Positions 32,195-42,344 of a stretch of 64,000 bases of DNA are shown here, in pieces (position 1 is the first letter of the stretch; each line of letters begins with the position of its first letter). The position numbers and the translations under genes were made by a program. The notes beneath the pieces are model-generated. The model made no database searches and was not told the DNA's origin. It was given only the letters and a program-made list of their open reading frames with translations. The stretch comes from Patescibacteria group bacterium (lineage in GTDB: Bacteria; Patescibacteriota; Saccharimonadia; Saccharimonadales; Saccharimonadaceae), in contig JAZKFY010000001.1 in assembly GCA_040386175.1 (NCBI GenBank), forward strand, positions 55,135 through 119,134, written 5' to 3'.

Positions 32195-32782
32195 CTAATT
32201 AATAACTTTTTGTGCGAGTTCTGCAGCATCTTCTAAGGTATTAGCAGCTGGATCTGAACCCGGACCATAGCTAATAAGAATCCAGTTTTTCCCATCGAGA
32301 ACGTTGAGCATTCCATTGGCCTCATTGAAGTAAGCCTTGTCGCCAAGTCCATTTACTATCACTACGTTTTCTTCTGGAGTACCCTTGGTAAATTCAGTTT
32401 TATTTTGTTCGACACCTTTGTCATTAATGGCCGAGCGCACATTAATAGCTGCAACAATAAGATTTGCGGTGTCAGTATTTCCATCCGTATAACCACATTT
32501 GCTTGTAGAGATATCGCCAGAAATAACTGGTGCTGTTACGGCGCTTCCAACGGCGTTGTTACCCATTAGTTCTTTGGCTTCGTCTAAGGTAAGAAGTTCA
32601 CAAGCTACTGCTGGCTGATAGTCGATTTTAGGTCCACTATTATTAATTGCCCAAACAATACCAGTTACGATAAGGGCAACCGCGACAACAACTATCGAAC
32701 CGATAATTAATTCTTTTTTATAGTTTGAAGGTTTTGTTTCTTTAGGCTCTGGTGTTTCGGTAGGTTCAGTAAGGGTATCCAT
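32195..32782 (-). CDS. Membrane-anchored extracytoplasmic protein (DUF3558-like)
   Basis: TM then ACELLT...C.Y...GLGDKAY pattern. Confidence 0.6.
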   Translation of the reverse strand: MDTLTEPTETPEPKETKPSNYKKELIIGSIVVVAVALIVTGIVWAINNSGPKIDYQPAVACELLTLDEAKELMGNNAVGSAVTAPVISGDISTSKCGYTDGNTDTANLIVAAINVRSAINDKGVEQNKTEFTKGTPEENVVIVNGLGDKAYFNEANGMLNVLDGKNWILISYGPGSDPAANTLEDAAELAQKVIN

Positions 32783-32821
32783 TATGTACCTATTTTACCA
32801 CCATACTAACCATTACACTTT

Positions 32822-33049
32822 CTATTTGCTGTGCTTCGAAGCAATGTACTGCAAAATAAGCGCTGCAACAACAATCACTGGTATTACAGTTGTTAAGAAT
32901 ACCCAGCCACTGTGGCCAAGATAATACCAGTCAACGACAACAGCTACGATATATGCAACGTATACGAAGTACAGTACCAAACCAATGAAACTTGTTGGAA
33001 GATAACTTCCCCGAACTTTACGGAACCAGATAGATGCGTTTTTTGCCAT
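32822..33049 (-). CDS. Small 2-TM membrane protein
   Basis: AAGGA SD, WF...GSYLP..IG pattern. Confidence 0.7.
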   Translation of the reverse strand: MAKNASIWFRKVRGSYLPTSFIGLVLYFVYVAYIVAVVVDWYYLGHSGWVFLTTVIPVIVVAALILQYIASKHSK

Positions 33050-33114
33050 GGAATGTCCTTTTTTTGTTTTTACTTCTTATGGTATGCAGTATAGACCTGA
33101 TGGCTTTTTAAAGC

Positions 33115-33167
33115 AAAAAGCCCGCATCATCGACACGGAGCTTTAAGCTTTTGTGGATGGTGCGAGC
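33115..33167 (-). terminator. Long bulged 3' hairpin/terminator
   Basis: gctcgcaccatc...AGCT-taa-AGCT...gatgatgcgggc + T5 on minus strand. Confidence 0.7.
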
Positions 33168-33212
33168 TAGGCCCTCAGAATTGATTTGGTCGGGTCGACC
33201 CAGGAACTAGGT

Positions 33213-33500
33213 TCAGGGGAACAGGTTGCGAACTCCGTTGATGACCGGGCGGAAGGGGTTAAGGTCCAGTTCGCTGAAGGCGTTGCTGTCAGGATCTGAG
33301 CTGTAGCCTCGCCCTGCAGTGAAGGTCGTCGTGACGGTGCTGATACTGACCTTCTGGCCAGCATATACTCGCCGTATTACCACTTTCGTTCGCTTGTTGT
33401 AGACGTCGACGTACTGGTCTTTTTTCAGCCAGTGGGTTGTCTTTGCGCCATCGATCACAGTGACCGTGCGCAACTTGTTGCCTTTCTTGTTTTTAGGCAA
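33213..33500 (-). CDS. GC-shifted basic orphan protein (95 aa, TTG start)
   Basis: AAGGAG SD, TTTACA-17-TATAAT promoter (33575..33547), G/C-ending codons. Confidence 0.72.
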   Translation of the reverse strand: MPKNKKGNKLRTVTVIDGAKTTHWLKKDQYVDVYNKRTKVVIRRVYAGQKVSISTVTTTFTAGRGYSSDPDSNAFSELDLNPFRPVINGVRNLFP

Positions 33501-33601
33501 GAGGATCTCCTTGGATTCGGGACGGATTCAATTCTTGAACAGTATAATTATATCACTTTTTCGTTGTTTTGTAAATAATACCATTATCCCGTCCTCGTCT
33601 G

Positions 33602-34063
33602 CTACTCGTTAACCGCTTCGTCCTTAATCGCCTGGTCAAGTTCTTTAGTCTCATTGTTTCTCATGTCAGTAAGCAAATCTGAAACATCAATCCCCTGTTT
33701 GTCCGCAAATCGTTCAAGTATATTAACAATCGTATTAATATCGACTTCCGCCTTTAAGTCTGCATGGTAATCAAGTTCCGTACGAGCTTCAGCAAGCTTC
33801 GCTTCGCGCCTTTGGTTCATTATTACGAATACAGATAGGAGGATCGCTTCCACAGATACTGTCATCGTTAGGAAGCTGAATGGAAACGGATCAATAATAA
33901 ATTGGCTACCAAACGCCCCTAAGTTTAGTAATATCCAAAAGGTAAAAAAGCTGACATTAATAAGTAAGAATGGTATAGACCCAGCAACTTTTGTTATAAA
34001 GCTAGAAATTCTATCGCTTTTTGTTCGAACTTTTTTGATTTCAATGTTTTTGTTAATCGCCAT
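33602..34063 (-). CDS. DUF1003 membrane protein
   Basis: AGS..F, DPFPFSFL..VSVEAI...MNQ motif. Confidence 0.85.
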   Translation of the reverse strand: MAINKNIEIKKVRTKSDRISSFITKVAGSIPFLLINVSFFTFWILLNLGAFGSQFIIDPFPFSFLTMTVSVEAILLSVFVIMNQRREAKLAEARTELDYHADLKAEVDINTIVNILERFADKQGIDVSDLLTDMRNNETKELDQAIKDEAVNE

Positions 34064-34073
34064 AAGAGTTCCG

Positions 34074-34841
34074 TTATTTCTTGTCGCCGCCAATAATTGC
34101 GCTTGCACCACGAAGTGCATCAATTAACTCAACTGGGAATAGCATCATAGTTTTCTGGCTTGGCTCTGTACTAATTCGTTCAAGTGTTCCAAGAGTACGA
34201 AGGTTGAGTGCGCCAGGAACCTTTGCAAAGATAGCCGCAGCATCTGCAAGGTTTTGCGCGGCAACCTTTTCACCGTCTGCACCAATAATGTTCGCACGAC
34301 GTTCACGTTCAGCTTCAGCTTGCTTTGCCATGGCTCGTTTCATGTCTTGTGGAAGTTCGATGTTTTGCATCTTCACGTTTTCGATATCAATTCCCCATTT
34401 GCTGGTTTCGGCATCAACGATTTCTTTAATGCGTTCGCTAATCTCTTCACGTTTTTGAAGTAACTCATCGAGTTCGAAGTTTCCTGTAACGTCACGAAGT
34501 GCAGCTTGTGCGAATTGAGTAGTCGCATAAACATAGTTGGTTGTTTCAAGCACAGCTTTAGCTGGGTCAACTACCTTAAAGTACACAACCGCATCAATAC
34601 CGGCAGTCACGTTATCTTTTGTGATAATTTCTTGCTTCGGCACATCAATAGGTGTTGAACGAATATCTACACGATTCATTTGTTGGAAGATTGGGATGAT
34701 AATTCTAAGACCAGGGTTTCGAACACCAGTAAAGCGGCCGAGTGTTAATACCACGCCTCGTTGATATTGATTAACAACTTTTAGCCCGCTCAAAATAAAA
34801 ATGACGACAGCAATAACGATTAGCCAAATAATTAGATCCAT
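34074..34841 (-). CDS. SPFH/stomatin (slipin) family protein
   Basis: QEIITKDNV, QAEAERERRA. Confidence 0.93.
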   Translation of the reverse strand: MDLIIWLIVIAVVIFILSGLKVVNQYQRGVVLTLGRFTGVRNPGLRIIIPIFQQMNRVDIRSTPIDVPKQEIITKDNVTAGIDAVVYFKVVDPAKAVLETTNYVYATTQFAQAALRDVTGNFELDELLQKREEISERIKEIVDAETSKWGIDIENVKMQNIELPQDMKRAMAKQAEAERERRANIIGADGEKVAAQNLADAAAIFAKVPGALNLRTLGTLERISTEPSQKTMMLFPVELIDALRGASAIIGGDKK

Positions 34842-34880
34842 GAAAACTCCCTGTTTATAAACTTAGTATATCGTACTTGT

Positions 34881-36497
34881 CTACTTATCGACACGTATGA
34901 GTGCACCTTCGTACGGTTTAAGTATTAGGTGAGTTTCATTTAAAATAGCAGGGTACAACGGATGCGTTGATATCACCAGTTTTCCAGTTGAACCAATATC
35001 GACATCTTTTAATTCTGTAGAAAAATTCAAAGCCACAACATATGTTTCTTCACTTGATTCGCGCCGGTAGCTCAGTACTTGACTGGAAACTTTAGACGAT
35101 AGTTGGAAATTGCCCTCTCGTAAAGTTATGTTGTCTTTGCGTAAATCTAATAATTCTCGATACAAGGCGAGGAATGAATCGTCATCTGAACTTTCGTTTT
35201 CTACATTAATGTTTTGGTAATGAATGCCTACTGGAAGCCATGGTTTTGCAGTACTAAAACCGGCGTATTCTTCAGCAGACCATTGTAGCGGAGTTCTTTG
35301 TGGGTCACGGCCCATACCAATACCTGGCGTATGATCTCCAGCGGGATCTTGCATTTCATCAGATGCTATTTCACCATTTTCCATTCCTAATTCTTCACCA
35401 TTATATATAACCGGCAACCCAGGAAGTGTTAACTGAAGAAGTGCTACAAGCCTTGCCTGCTCACTTCCAAAACGTGACGCTAAACGTGGCTGGTCATGAT
35501 TCCCGAAGCAATATAGGGGGCGTTCATCGGCATGTAATAATTTCTGAAAAGTATCGATAAAACTGCCGAAAACATCAGCGTCCCACTGACAGTGCATTCC
35601 TTGAAAGTTGAACGGCATACCAACGCCAGGGTGTACGTCATAGAATGCTCGATACTGCTCAACGATGCTTCGACTTTCTTCTGGATATTCTTCAAATATC
35701 ATTATTCTATCGTCGTACTTGTCTACAATCTGAGTTAACTCATTAAGATAGTCAAAGAGCTGTGGCCCATACTGACTTCGACTATGTATGAGTTTATGAT
35801 AAGGATCCTTGATCCCTCCTTCGCCCCCAAAGGCCATGTTTATATCGTCGTCTCGATACTCTGTGTCTTTTGAGATAAAACGTGGTACATCAACACGTAT
35901 TCCATCGACTCCGATTTCTAACCAAAATCGCAACACATTCGCCATTTCAGTGCGCACTTCTGGGTTATCCCAGTTTAAATCGGGTTGTTCTTTTAAGAAA
36001 CTGTGTAGATAGTATTGCTGAGTAGCCTCATCCCATTCCCATGCCGAACCACCAAAAGTACTGAGCCAATTGTTTGGTGGGGATCCATCGGGTTTTGCAT
36101 CTTTCCATACATAATAATTTCGTTTGGAATTTTCTCTAGAAGATCTTGATTCAATGAACCATTGGTGTTGATTCGAAGTATGGTTTGGAACGTAATCTAC
36201 CATTACTTTTATGTCGTTGCGGTGCGCTTCAACAAGCAAAGAGCGGAAATCATCCAGCGTACCAAAGATCGGATCAACATCGCAATAGTCCGCAATATCG
36301 TACCCAAAATCAGCCATTGGTGATGGGTAAAAAGGTGAAATCCAAATGGCATCTATTCCAAGTGATTTTTCGTCGCCTTTTAAATACCCTAATTTCGCGG
36401 TTATACCATTTAAATCGCCGATACCATCACCAGATGCATCGTAGAAACTACGAGGGTATATTTGGTAGAGAGCGTTTACGTTTTGCCATCTCTTCAT
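34881..36497 (-). CDS. GH13 alpha-glucosidase/oligo-1,6-glucosidase family
   Basis: YQIYPRSF, GYDIADY, VPNHTS, QPDLNW, NHD motifs; start set at MKRWQ. Confidence 0.92.
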   Translation of the reverse strand: MKRWQNVNALYQIYPRSFYDASGDGIGDLNGITAKLGYLKGDEKSLGIDAIWISPFYPSPMADFGYDIADYCDVDPIFGTLDDFRSLLVEAHRNDIKVMVDYVPNHTSNQHQWFIESRSSRENSKRNYYVWKDAKPDGSPPNNWLSTFGGSAWEWDEATQQYYLHSFLKEQPDLNWDNPEVRTEMANVLRFWLEIGVDGIRVDVPRFISKDTEYRDDDINMAFGGEGGIKDPYHKLIHSRSQYGPQLFDYLNELTQIVDKYDDRIMIFEEYPEESRSIVEQYRAFYDVHPGVGMPFNFQGMHCQWDADVFGSFIDTFQKLLHADERPLYCFGNHDQPRLASRFGSEQARLVALLQLTLPGLPVIYNGEELGMENGEIASDEMQDPAGDHTPGIGMGRDPQRTPLQWSAEEYAGFSTAKPWLPVGIHYQNINVENESSDDDSFLALYRELLDLRKDNITLREGNFQLSSKVSSQVLSYRRESSEETYVVALNFSTELKDVDIGSTGKLVISTHPLYPAILNETHLILKPYEGALIRVDK

Positions 36498-36576
36498 AGT
36501 TCCAATCATACCACATATGCTTTTTCCCATCTGTCAGCTAGCTATTTTACTCATAAGGTGGGATAATTAATGTACT

Positions 36577-37785
36577 ATGAAAATTGCCTTGATGGTTCGT
36601 GGTTTTTTACAGACTCCTGTCCCTAACGACATTGCGTACTCTCCAGCAAAAGTCGCTAAATCTATTGCTGAAGGTTTAACTAAGAGTGGGCATGAAGTTA
36701 CCTTTTTTGGACCTGAAGGTACCAAACTTGACGTTACAGCCATTGAAACCTGTGGCCTTCGTCCTCTTGCAACCGAAATGGCCGAATTTGACAGCAAGGT
36801 AAGTACGACTGATTTATTCCAAGATTATCGGTTTAGTTTGTATGACACCCTTATGGCTCGTACCATGCTAGAGCGTTCCAATGCTGGCGAATTTGACTGT
36901 GTAGTGTTTAACCATTTTGAATCAGTACTACCCCTAGCTCCCCTATTTCCTAAAGTACCGATTGTATACATCTTGCATGACTTTATGGATGAAGAGCGAA
37001 AAGAAGCGATTGCAATGCATCATTCTCCGAATCAGTATTTTATTTCGATTTCAAACAACCAGCGTCGAAATGCCCCCGACCTTAACTACGCGGCAACTGT
37101 TTACAACGGTATTTCGTCTGATTTCTTCGCATATGAAGAAAATGCTGAGGATTATTTAATGTACTCAGGGCGCATCACACCTTCTAAGGGAGTGAAAGAA
37201 GCCGTGCAAGCAGCCATACAGTCTAACCGCCGACTATTCATAGCTGGTAGCCTTTCAAAACAAGACTATTGGTACTTCGATGAGAATGTGAAGCCATTTT
37301 TGAATGACAAGATTTTGTTCCTCGGCATGCTGGATAAAGAACAAATCATTAAATACTATCAGAAAGCTGCAGCTATCCTAGTGCCAGTGCAATGGGAAGA
37401 GCCGTTCGGGCTTACTATGGCAGAAGCAAATGCTTGTGGCACACCAGTCATTGCTTTTAACCGCGGGGCTGTTCCTGAAGTTATTAAGAATAACAAAACA
37501 GGCTTTATTGTAGATAACTCAGCCGAGATGATTGTTGCTATTGGTAAGCTAAGTAAAATAAAGCGACACGACTGCCACGACCATGCTAAACGACATTTCA
37601 AAGATACGAGAATGGTGAAAGATTATGATGTTGCCCTGCAGGATATTGTCACCAAGCACGCAGCGCAATTAGCTTCTGAATCTGTGAAATCTCCATCACT
37701 CGCAAAGAGCATTAAGGGATTGTCAAAGCGATTGATAATCGAGCCTTCTAAACGATTACGCAAGAAGCCTTCAACTAAGAAATAG
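36577..37785 (+). CDS. GT4 glycosyltransferase
   Basis: GRITPSKG, EPFGLTMAEANACGTPV. Confidence 0.92.
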   Translation: MKIALMVRGFLQTPVPNDIAYSPAKVAKSIAEGLTKSGHEVTFFGPEGTKLDVTAIETCGLRPLATEMAEFDSKVSTTDLFQDYRFSLYDTLMARTMLERSNAGEFDCVVFNHFESVLPLAPLFPKVPIVYILHDFMDEERKEAIAMHHSPNQYFISISNNQRRNAPDLNYAATVYNGISSDFFAYEENAEDYLMYSGRITPSKGVKEAVQAAIQSNRRLFIAGSLSKQDYWYFDENVKPFLNDKILFLGMLDKEQIIKYYQKAAAILVPVQWEEPFGLTMAEANACGTPVIAFNRGAVPEVIKNNKTGFIVDNSAEMIVAIGKLSKIKRHDCHDHAKRHFKDTRMVKDYDVALQDIVTKHAAQLASESVKSPSLAKSIKGLSKRLIIEPSKRLRKKPSTKK

Positions 37786-38365
37786 ATCCTAAATACTCGC
37801 GATAACCAGCCAAGCCAGCTGGGATGTCTGCAGTATCTTTGAAAATATCATGAATACCATAGCTCTTTAAAACTGAGTAGCCAACAAACTTATAATTAGA
37901 GGTGATATTAAGAAGCAAGTCATCAACACTACTCCCCTCAAATAACACACTGTCGGGATTATCAAACGTCTCAGTTGGTGCATTCCAAGTCGCAGCAACC
38001 ATAAATTTCTTACCCAACATATGTCCGCCAGTACCGTACTGACGAGCTGGGTCTGAGCGGGTTCGTCCGTCGTTATCAAGTAAAATTTTTGAATGAAGAC
38101 CTGAATTAAATACTTCGTCTACATACTTTTTATATATCCAGGGAGCACCAAACCAGTTAATGGGGGTTTGAAGAATCACTAGGTCTGCATCAACATGCTT
38201 TTGCACTTCTTCGTCAGGGATATAACCATCTTCGATATTCGTTTCCGTAACTTCGTGGCCTTGTTCGACGAAATAGTCCTTAGCGACTTCGATCATTGAT
38301 TTGTTTAATGTACCTTCAGACCAGTTTGGGTAATTTAAATGGGCATTAGTAATAAGAACATTCAT
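37775..38365 (-). CDS. mdaB: NAD(P)H:quinone oxidoreductase, MdaB-like
   Basis: DGRTRSDP..QYGTGG, TWNAP, flavodoxin-2 fold. Confidence 0.85.
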   Translation of the reverse strand: MNVLITNAHLNYPNWSEGTLNKSMIEVAKDYFVEQGHEVTETNIEDGYIPDEEVQKHVDADLVILQTPINWFGAPWIYKKYVDEVFNSGLHSKILLDNDGRTRSDPARQYGTGGHMLGKKFMVAATWNAPTETFDNPDSVLFEGSSVDDLLLNITSNYKFVGYSVLKSYGIHDIFKDTADIPAGLAGYREYLGSIS

Positions 38366-38390
38366 AAAATGTTACCTTTCGTTTAATTAT

Positions 38391-38858
38391 TTAGTTTGCA
38401 GATTGAGAGAGTTTTACTTCTTTGGCGATTGCTACAGCTTTAATACTGATTTTGTTTGCAAGTGTCATATCTTTATTTGCCACAGCCTTCCAATATTCAG
38501 CTTTGGTTTTAAGATATTTTTGACGGAGTTTAAGATTACGTTCTTCTTCGACAAGCCTAAGGTTTTGATCGTCGAGTAAACGTATCTGCTCGTTAGCAGC
38601 AACTTCGCCCTTATCGACATTTGAAAGATATTCTTTCATATCGTCAATAGACATACCGGTTGCACTAAGACATGCAATAGAAACGATGTAGTTAACATCT
38701 TCTTCGCTATATACACGATACTTACTACTAGCATCCCTTTTTACGGACGGGATTAAGCCAATAGTTTCGTAGTAGCGTAGGTTGCTTTCTGCTAGCCCGG
38801 TGAGTTTTGCAGTTTCTCTAATTGTGTAGGCTTGAGATTCGCCCGGTTGAGTACTCAT
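38391..38858 (-). CDS. MerR family transcriptional regulator
   Basis: YTIRETAKLTG...LRYYE.IGLI HTH. Confidence 0.92.
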   Translation of the reverse strand: MSTQPGESQAYTIRETAKLTGLAESNLRYYETIGLIPSVKRDASSKYRVYSEEDVNYIVSIACLSATGMSIDDMKEYLSNVDKGEVAANEQIRLLDDQNLRLVEEERNLKLRQKYLKTKAEYWKAVANKDMTLANKISIKAVAIAKEVKLSQSAN

Positions 38859-38864
38859 ATACCT

Positions 38865-38894
38865 AGTGTAGAAGGTTAAAGTACTTTAATGCAA
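38865..38894 (-). promoter_or_regulatory. MerR-type promoter with palindromic operator
   Basis: TTGCAT-18-TACACT with perfect 14-bp palindrome TTAAAGTACTTTAA (38876-38889) in the spacer. Confidence 0.75.
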
Positions 38895-38958
38895 GAACTA
38901 AATAATTGACCTCGGAGTAATTTTAATAGATAGTTAATACATCATAAAGGAGGGTGTA

Positions 38959-39732
38959 ATGGCGACAAACAAAGACAAGTCTAATGACCGTTTTGGAAAA
39001 TTAATCGAAGAGCAGAATACTGTTGATTTTCCTTATTACAACGATAAGCCTGTAAAGGTAGAAACTTGGAAATGGATTGTCGCATGGGCAAGTACTTTTG
39101 TAGGCTTCCTGGTACTTAGTTTCTATCCTGCTAGCAATAATATTGAGAGTATCTTACCTCGTATTCTTTTTATGGCGATCCCCCTCGTTACATTCGCGTT
39201 ATTATTAAGGACATCTTGGAAAGCAATATTTAAAAAACCGCGCCTAAAAGACTACTGGTTGATGGTAGTATTCGCAGCTTTCAATATGGTGTTAACACCA
39301 ATCCTTGCGCTACTTGTTACCGTATTTGGATTCCCGACAGCGGGAAATGCAGCAGGTGATGGACTCGTTGGTGCAGGTGCTGGCGAACTATTAGCCTTTT
39401 ACACTGGCACAGCAATTCAGCTACTTGGTGAAGAATTAATTGTTATCATTCCGTTTCTTGCCACTTTATCTATTCTTCATTTGCGCTTTGGCGTTTCGAG
39501 GAAAAAAGCTATCTTGTGGGCTTGGTTGATTTCGGCAATTTGGTTTGGAGCACTTCACTTACCTACCTATCAATGGAACATTATTCAAGTGATGGTTATC
39601 ATTGCGGGTGCGCGTATTGCTTTGACACTCGCGTTCATTCGTACGAAAAATATCTGGGTATCAACGGGTGCGCATATTATTAATGACTGGGTGTTGTTTA
39701 CGGTACTTATGATTACGGCTATGTTGAGGTAA
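38959..39732 (+). CDS. CPBP/CAAX (Abi) intramembrane protease
   Basis: GEE, FGALH, AHIIND motifs. Confidence 0.88.
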   Translation: MATNKDKSNDRFGKLIEEQNTVDFPYYNDKPVKVETWKWIVAWASTFVGFLVLSFYPASNNIESILPRILFMAIPLVTFALLLRTSWKAIFKKPRLKDYWLMVVFAAFNMVLTPILALLVTVFGFPTAGNAAGDGLVGAGAGELLAFYTGTAIQLLGEELIVIIPFLATLSILHLRFGVSRKKAILWAWLISAIWFGALHLPTYQWNIIQVMVIIAGARIALTLAFIRTKNIWVSTGAHIINDWVLFTVLMITAMLR

Positions 39733-39744
39733 TTAGCTCGACAG

Positions 39745-40503
39745 TTAACTGCTCTCTAGCGCACTTACCATCAAAACCGTACCAGCAATTGCAATCGTAA
39801 TTGCCATAGCGATTGTTACAAACCGCTCTCCCTTTTTCAGTCCTATCTTAGTACCTATCCGAGTACCGATAAATACCGATGCAAAACCGATAATTCCATA
39901 CAATAAAGCCACATAGCCTCCAACAAGTAAAGCTACGAAGGTAAGTGGTGTTAATACTGCCGTAACTGCCCTTTTTGTTGCGTTAGCCTCAATTTTAGTA
40001 GTGCCGAACAATAAAGTCAGCACGAATAAAGCGAGACTCCCTACTCCGCTTCCAAATAAAGATTGCATCGTCAAGACACCGCTGTAGGATATGTAACCGG
40101 CGACTTTGTGCTTTTTCTTTGGGGTGTGCAATTGTTTTTTCTTAATAAACAACGTTGGCGTGAGTAGAAGCAAAATCAGACCTAATATAAATTGAAAGGA
40201 ATTGCTATTAATCGCCGCGAATATAAAAGGCGTTGCGAGTCCGATAACTATTGCAATCGGTATCATCACTTTTAGAATATCTTTGCGAATATGTCCTGTT
40301 TTGGCAAATGCCGACAAACCTCCCAATGCAGCACCTAGGCCATTCATCTTTCCTGTTGCGACAGCAACTTGAGGAGGAAGTCCGACAAGAATAAAGGCGG
40401 GGATCATGAGCATGCCGCCGCCACCGCCACTTATACCAGACAAAATACCTGCGACAATTCCTGCGAAGGCAATAAAAATATAAGGGAGGATATCCATTAG
40501 CAT
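39745..40503 (-). CDS. TauE/SafE family exporter
   Basis: GISGGGGG..IP, AVAT.K, GSGVG motifs. Confidence 0.88.
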   Translation of the reverse strand: MLMDILPYIFIAFAGIVAGILSGISGGGGGMLMIPAFILVGLPPQVAVATGKMNGLGAALGGLSAFAKTGHIRKDILKVMIPIAIVIGLATPFIFAAINSNSFQFILGLILLLLTPTLFIKKKQLHTPKKKHKVAGYISYSGVLTMQSLFGSGVGSLALFVLTLLFGTTKIEANATKRAVTAVLTPLTFVALLVGGYVALLYGIIGFASVFIGTRIGTKIGLKKGERFVTIAMAITIAIAGTVLMVSALESS

Positions 40504-40541
40504 ATTATAGCAAGTCGAGTTATCTCACCATCATATATAGC

Positions 40542-41231
40542 TTATATATGGGTTGAACGCTTTTTTCTATTTATAACAATATCAGACACTTCCATAACTT
40601 TTGGAAGGTTTATTGTGTAAACAATATAGTCCGCCAATGCCGTAGGACTAATAGCAGGATGTTTGCTTTTAGGCATCGCACCATCAGGAATTTTTTGAGC
40701 CATGTCTGTATCGAGCATACCGGGATAGATTCCGATAACACGAGAAGCAGTTGAACTAAGCGTTTCCCTTAGGTCCTTCGTGTAACTATGAAGGGCAGCC
40801 TTAGAGGAATTATATAGAATTTGTGCAGGGTAAGACTGAATACCAGCAACCGAGTTTATAATCACAATATCTGTCTCGTCAGTTTTTAACCTGTCGAGCA
40901 ATTCGCTTGTCATAAACATTGGAGCTTTCGTATTAATACTAAAAACTCGCTCATAATCTATCTCATTAACCGAACTTGCATCGTTGAATGATAAAACGCC
41001 AGCCGAATAGATAATAGCTTTAAGGGGCGTTTCTATTTTCAAAATAGATTCGGTAGCATTTTTTATACCATCAGCCGTCGATAGGTCGCTCAGGATATTA
41101 ACATCTGCCTTGTCGTTTTTGCGCCTTGAGACATTGACTACTCTAAACCCCGAAGCAACCAAAGAATCAACGAGTGCTTTTCCTAAGCCGTCACTACCAC
41201 CAGTTACTACTACTGTCTTTACTTCTTTCAT
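40542..41231 (-). CDS. SDR oxidoreductase
   Basis: TGGSDGLG, YNSSK. Confidence 0.9.
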   Translation of the reverse strand: MKEVKTVVVTGGSDGLGKALVDSLVASGFRVVNVSRRKNDKADVNILSDLSTADGIKNATESILKIETPLKAIIYSAGVLSFNDASSVNEIDYERVFSINTKAPMFMTSELLDRLKTDETDIVIINSVAGIQSYPAQILYNSSKAALHSYTKDLRETLSSTASRVIGIYPGMLDTDMAQKIPDGAMPKSKHPAISPTALADYIVYTINLPKVMEVSDIVINRKKRSTHI

Positions 41232-41284
41232 TAGCCATAATTATAGCAGGAAGTGAGAGTCTTATATGCTTATGTAGAAAAGTA

Positions 41285-42121
41285 CTATATCAAAAGCTTG
41301 AGTACTGCTACATTTTGCTGAGTTGAACCACCCGACGAATAGACTATTAAATCCTGCTTTAAGTCTTCACTTGCACTAAATAATCTTTGAAGGCTAATGC
41401 TGTTTTTTGCATTCAGTTTTTCGAGCTCTGAATCTAGGTTTCTTATTTGAAATTGAGTATCATTGGCTACTGTAAGCTCCGAGTCAAGCTCTTCAGTTTT
41501 AAAGCTCGCCACTATCGCAGGTGTTGAAAGGCTGGAAGACATTTCTTTTGTAAAGATTGGGGAACTTGCGTCTGTGTGTAATAGAACGACATTATATTTT
41601 GAAAGCTCAGGTGCTGACGAGAATGAAGCGTTGACGCCGACACTACTACAATACTCTTCAAACTCATCACTAGAATGACCTCGACGGTTTGTATATGTTA
41701 TCGAATCAACTTGATGCAACTCTGATAATGCTGCCACACTGCACCGAGCAATTTTTCCGCAGCCATAGATTAGTATATTCTTTTGTTCTAACGCTACATA
41801 ATTTAGGGTAATCGATCCCATTATCGCCGTTCGCTGGTCCGCAAAATGAGTGAAGTCTTTATTTGCTATAACTTCCCCACCCTGAAAAACTATGGCGTGT
41901 TGAGGTGCGGTGTTACTGACAGAATCCCACGGCGTCACAACCGAGTAAACTATAGGCGGTTTACCATCCACCTCTTCTGCTGCATTAAACCAAATCTGAT
42001 CAGCAATATAATCATTTTGCTCATTACTGTACTTCGTAATTTTTTTATCAAAGCTAATACTGGAGTTTAAAAAGACATTCTTTATAGAGTCGGCGAGGTC
42101 TTTGTATTTTAGTGATTCCAT
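41285..42121 (-). CDS. Divergent ornithine cyclodeaminase/mu-crystallin-like protein
   Basis: RTA, IYGCGKIA Rossmann motif, YSSGGS..QNVA C-terminal motif. Confidence 0.6.
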   Translation of the reverse strand: MESLKYKDLADSIKNVFLNSSISFDKKITKYSNEQNDYIADQIWFNAAEEVDGKPPIVYSVVTPWDSVSNTAPQHAIVFQGGEVIANKDFTHFADQRTAIMGSITLNYVALEQKNILIYGCGKIARCSVAALSELHQVDSITYTNRRGHSSDEFEEYCSSVGVNASFSSAPELSKYNVVLLHTDASSPIFTKEMSSSLSTPAIVASFKTEELDSELTVANDTQFQIRNLDSELEKLNAKNSISLQRLFSASEDLKQDLIVYSSGGSTQQNVAVLKLLI

Positions 42122-42199
42122 ATTGTCCCTTTATTTAAGATTCTGCTATGTGTGATTATAGCAAATAAAAAGCCCCAGCTTACACTGGGACATTTTATT

Positions 42200-42275
42200 T
42201 GGTGCGGGTACAGGGACTCTAACCCTGGGCCTCATCCTTGGCAAGGATGCGCTCTAACAGCTGAGCTACACCCGC
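42200..42275 (-). tRNA. tRNA-Gly (GCC)
   Basis: CATCC-TTGCCAA-GGATG anticodon arm, CCA; T-loop TTAGAGT. Confidence 0.92.
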
Positions 42276-42344
42276 GCACTTGATGAATTATACAGAATAA
42301 CAGTAGTTTGAGCAAGGGTCCAACGGGGTTAGGGTAGCTTTTTC

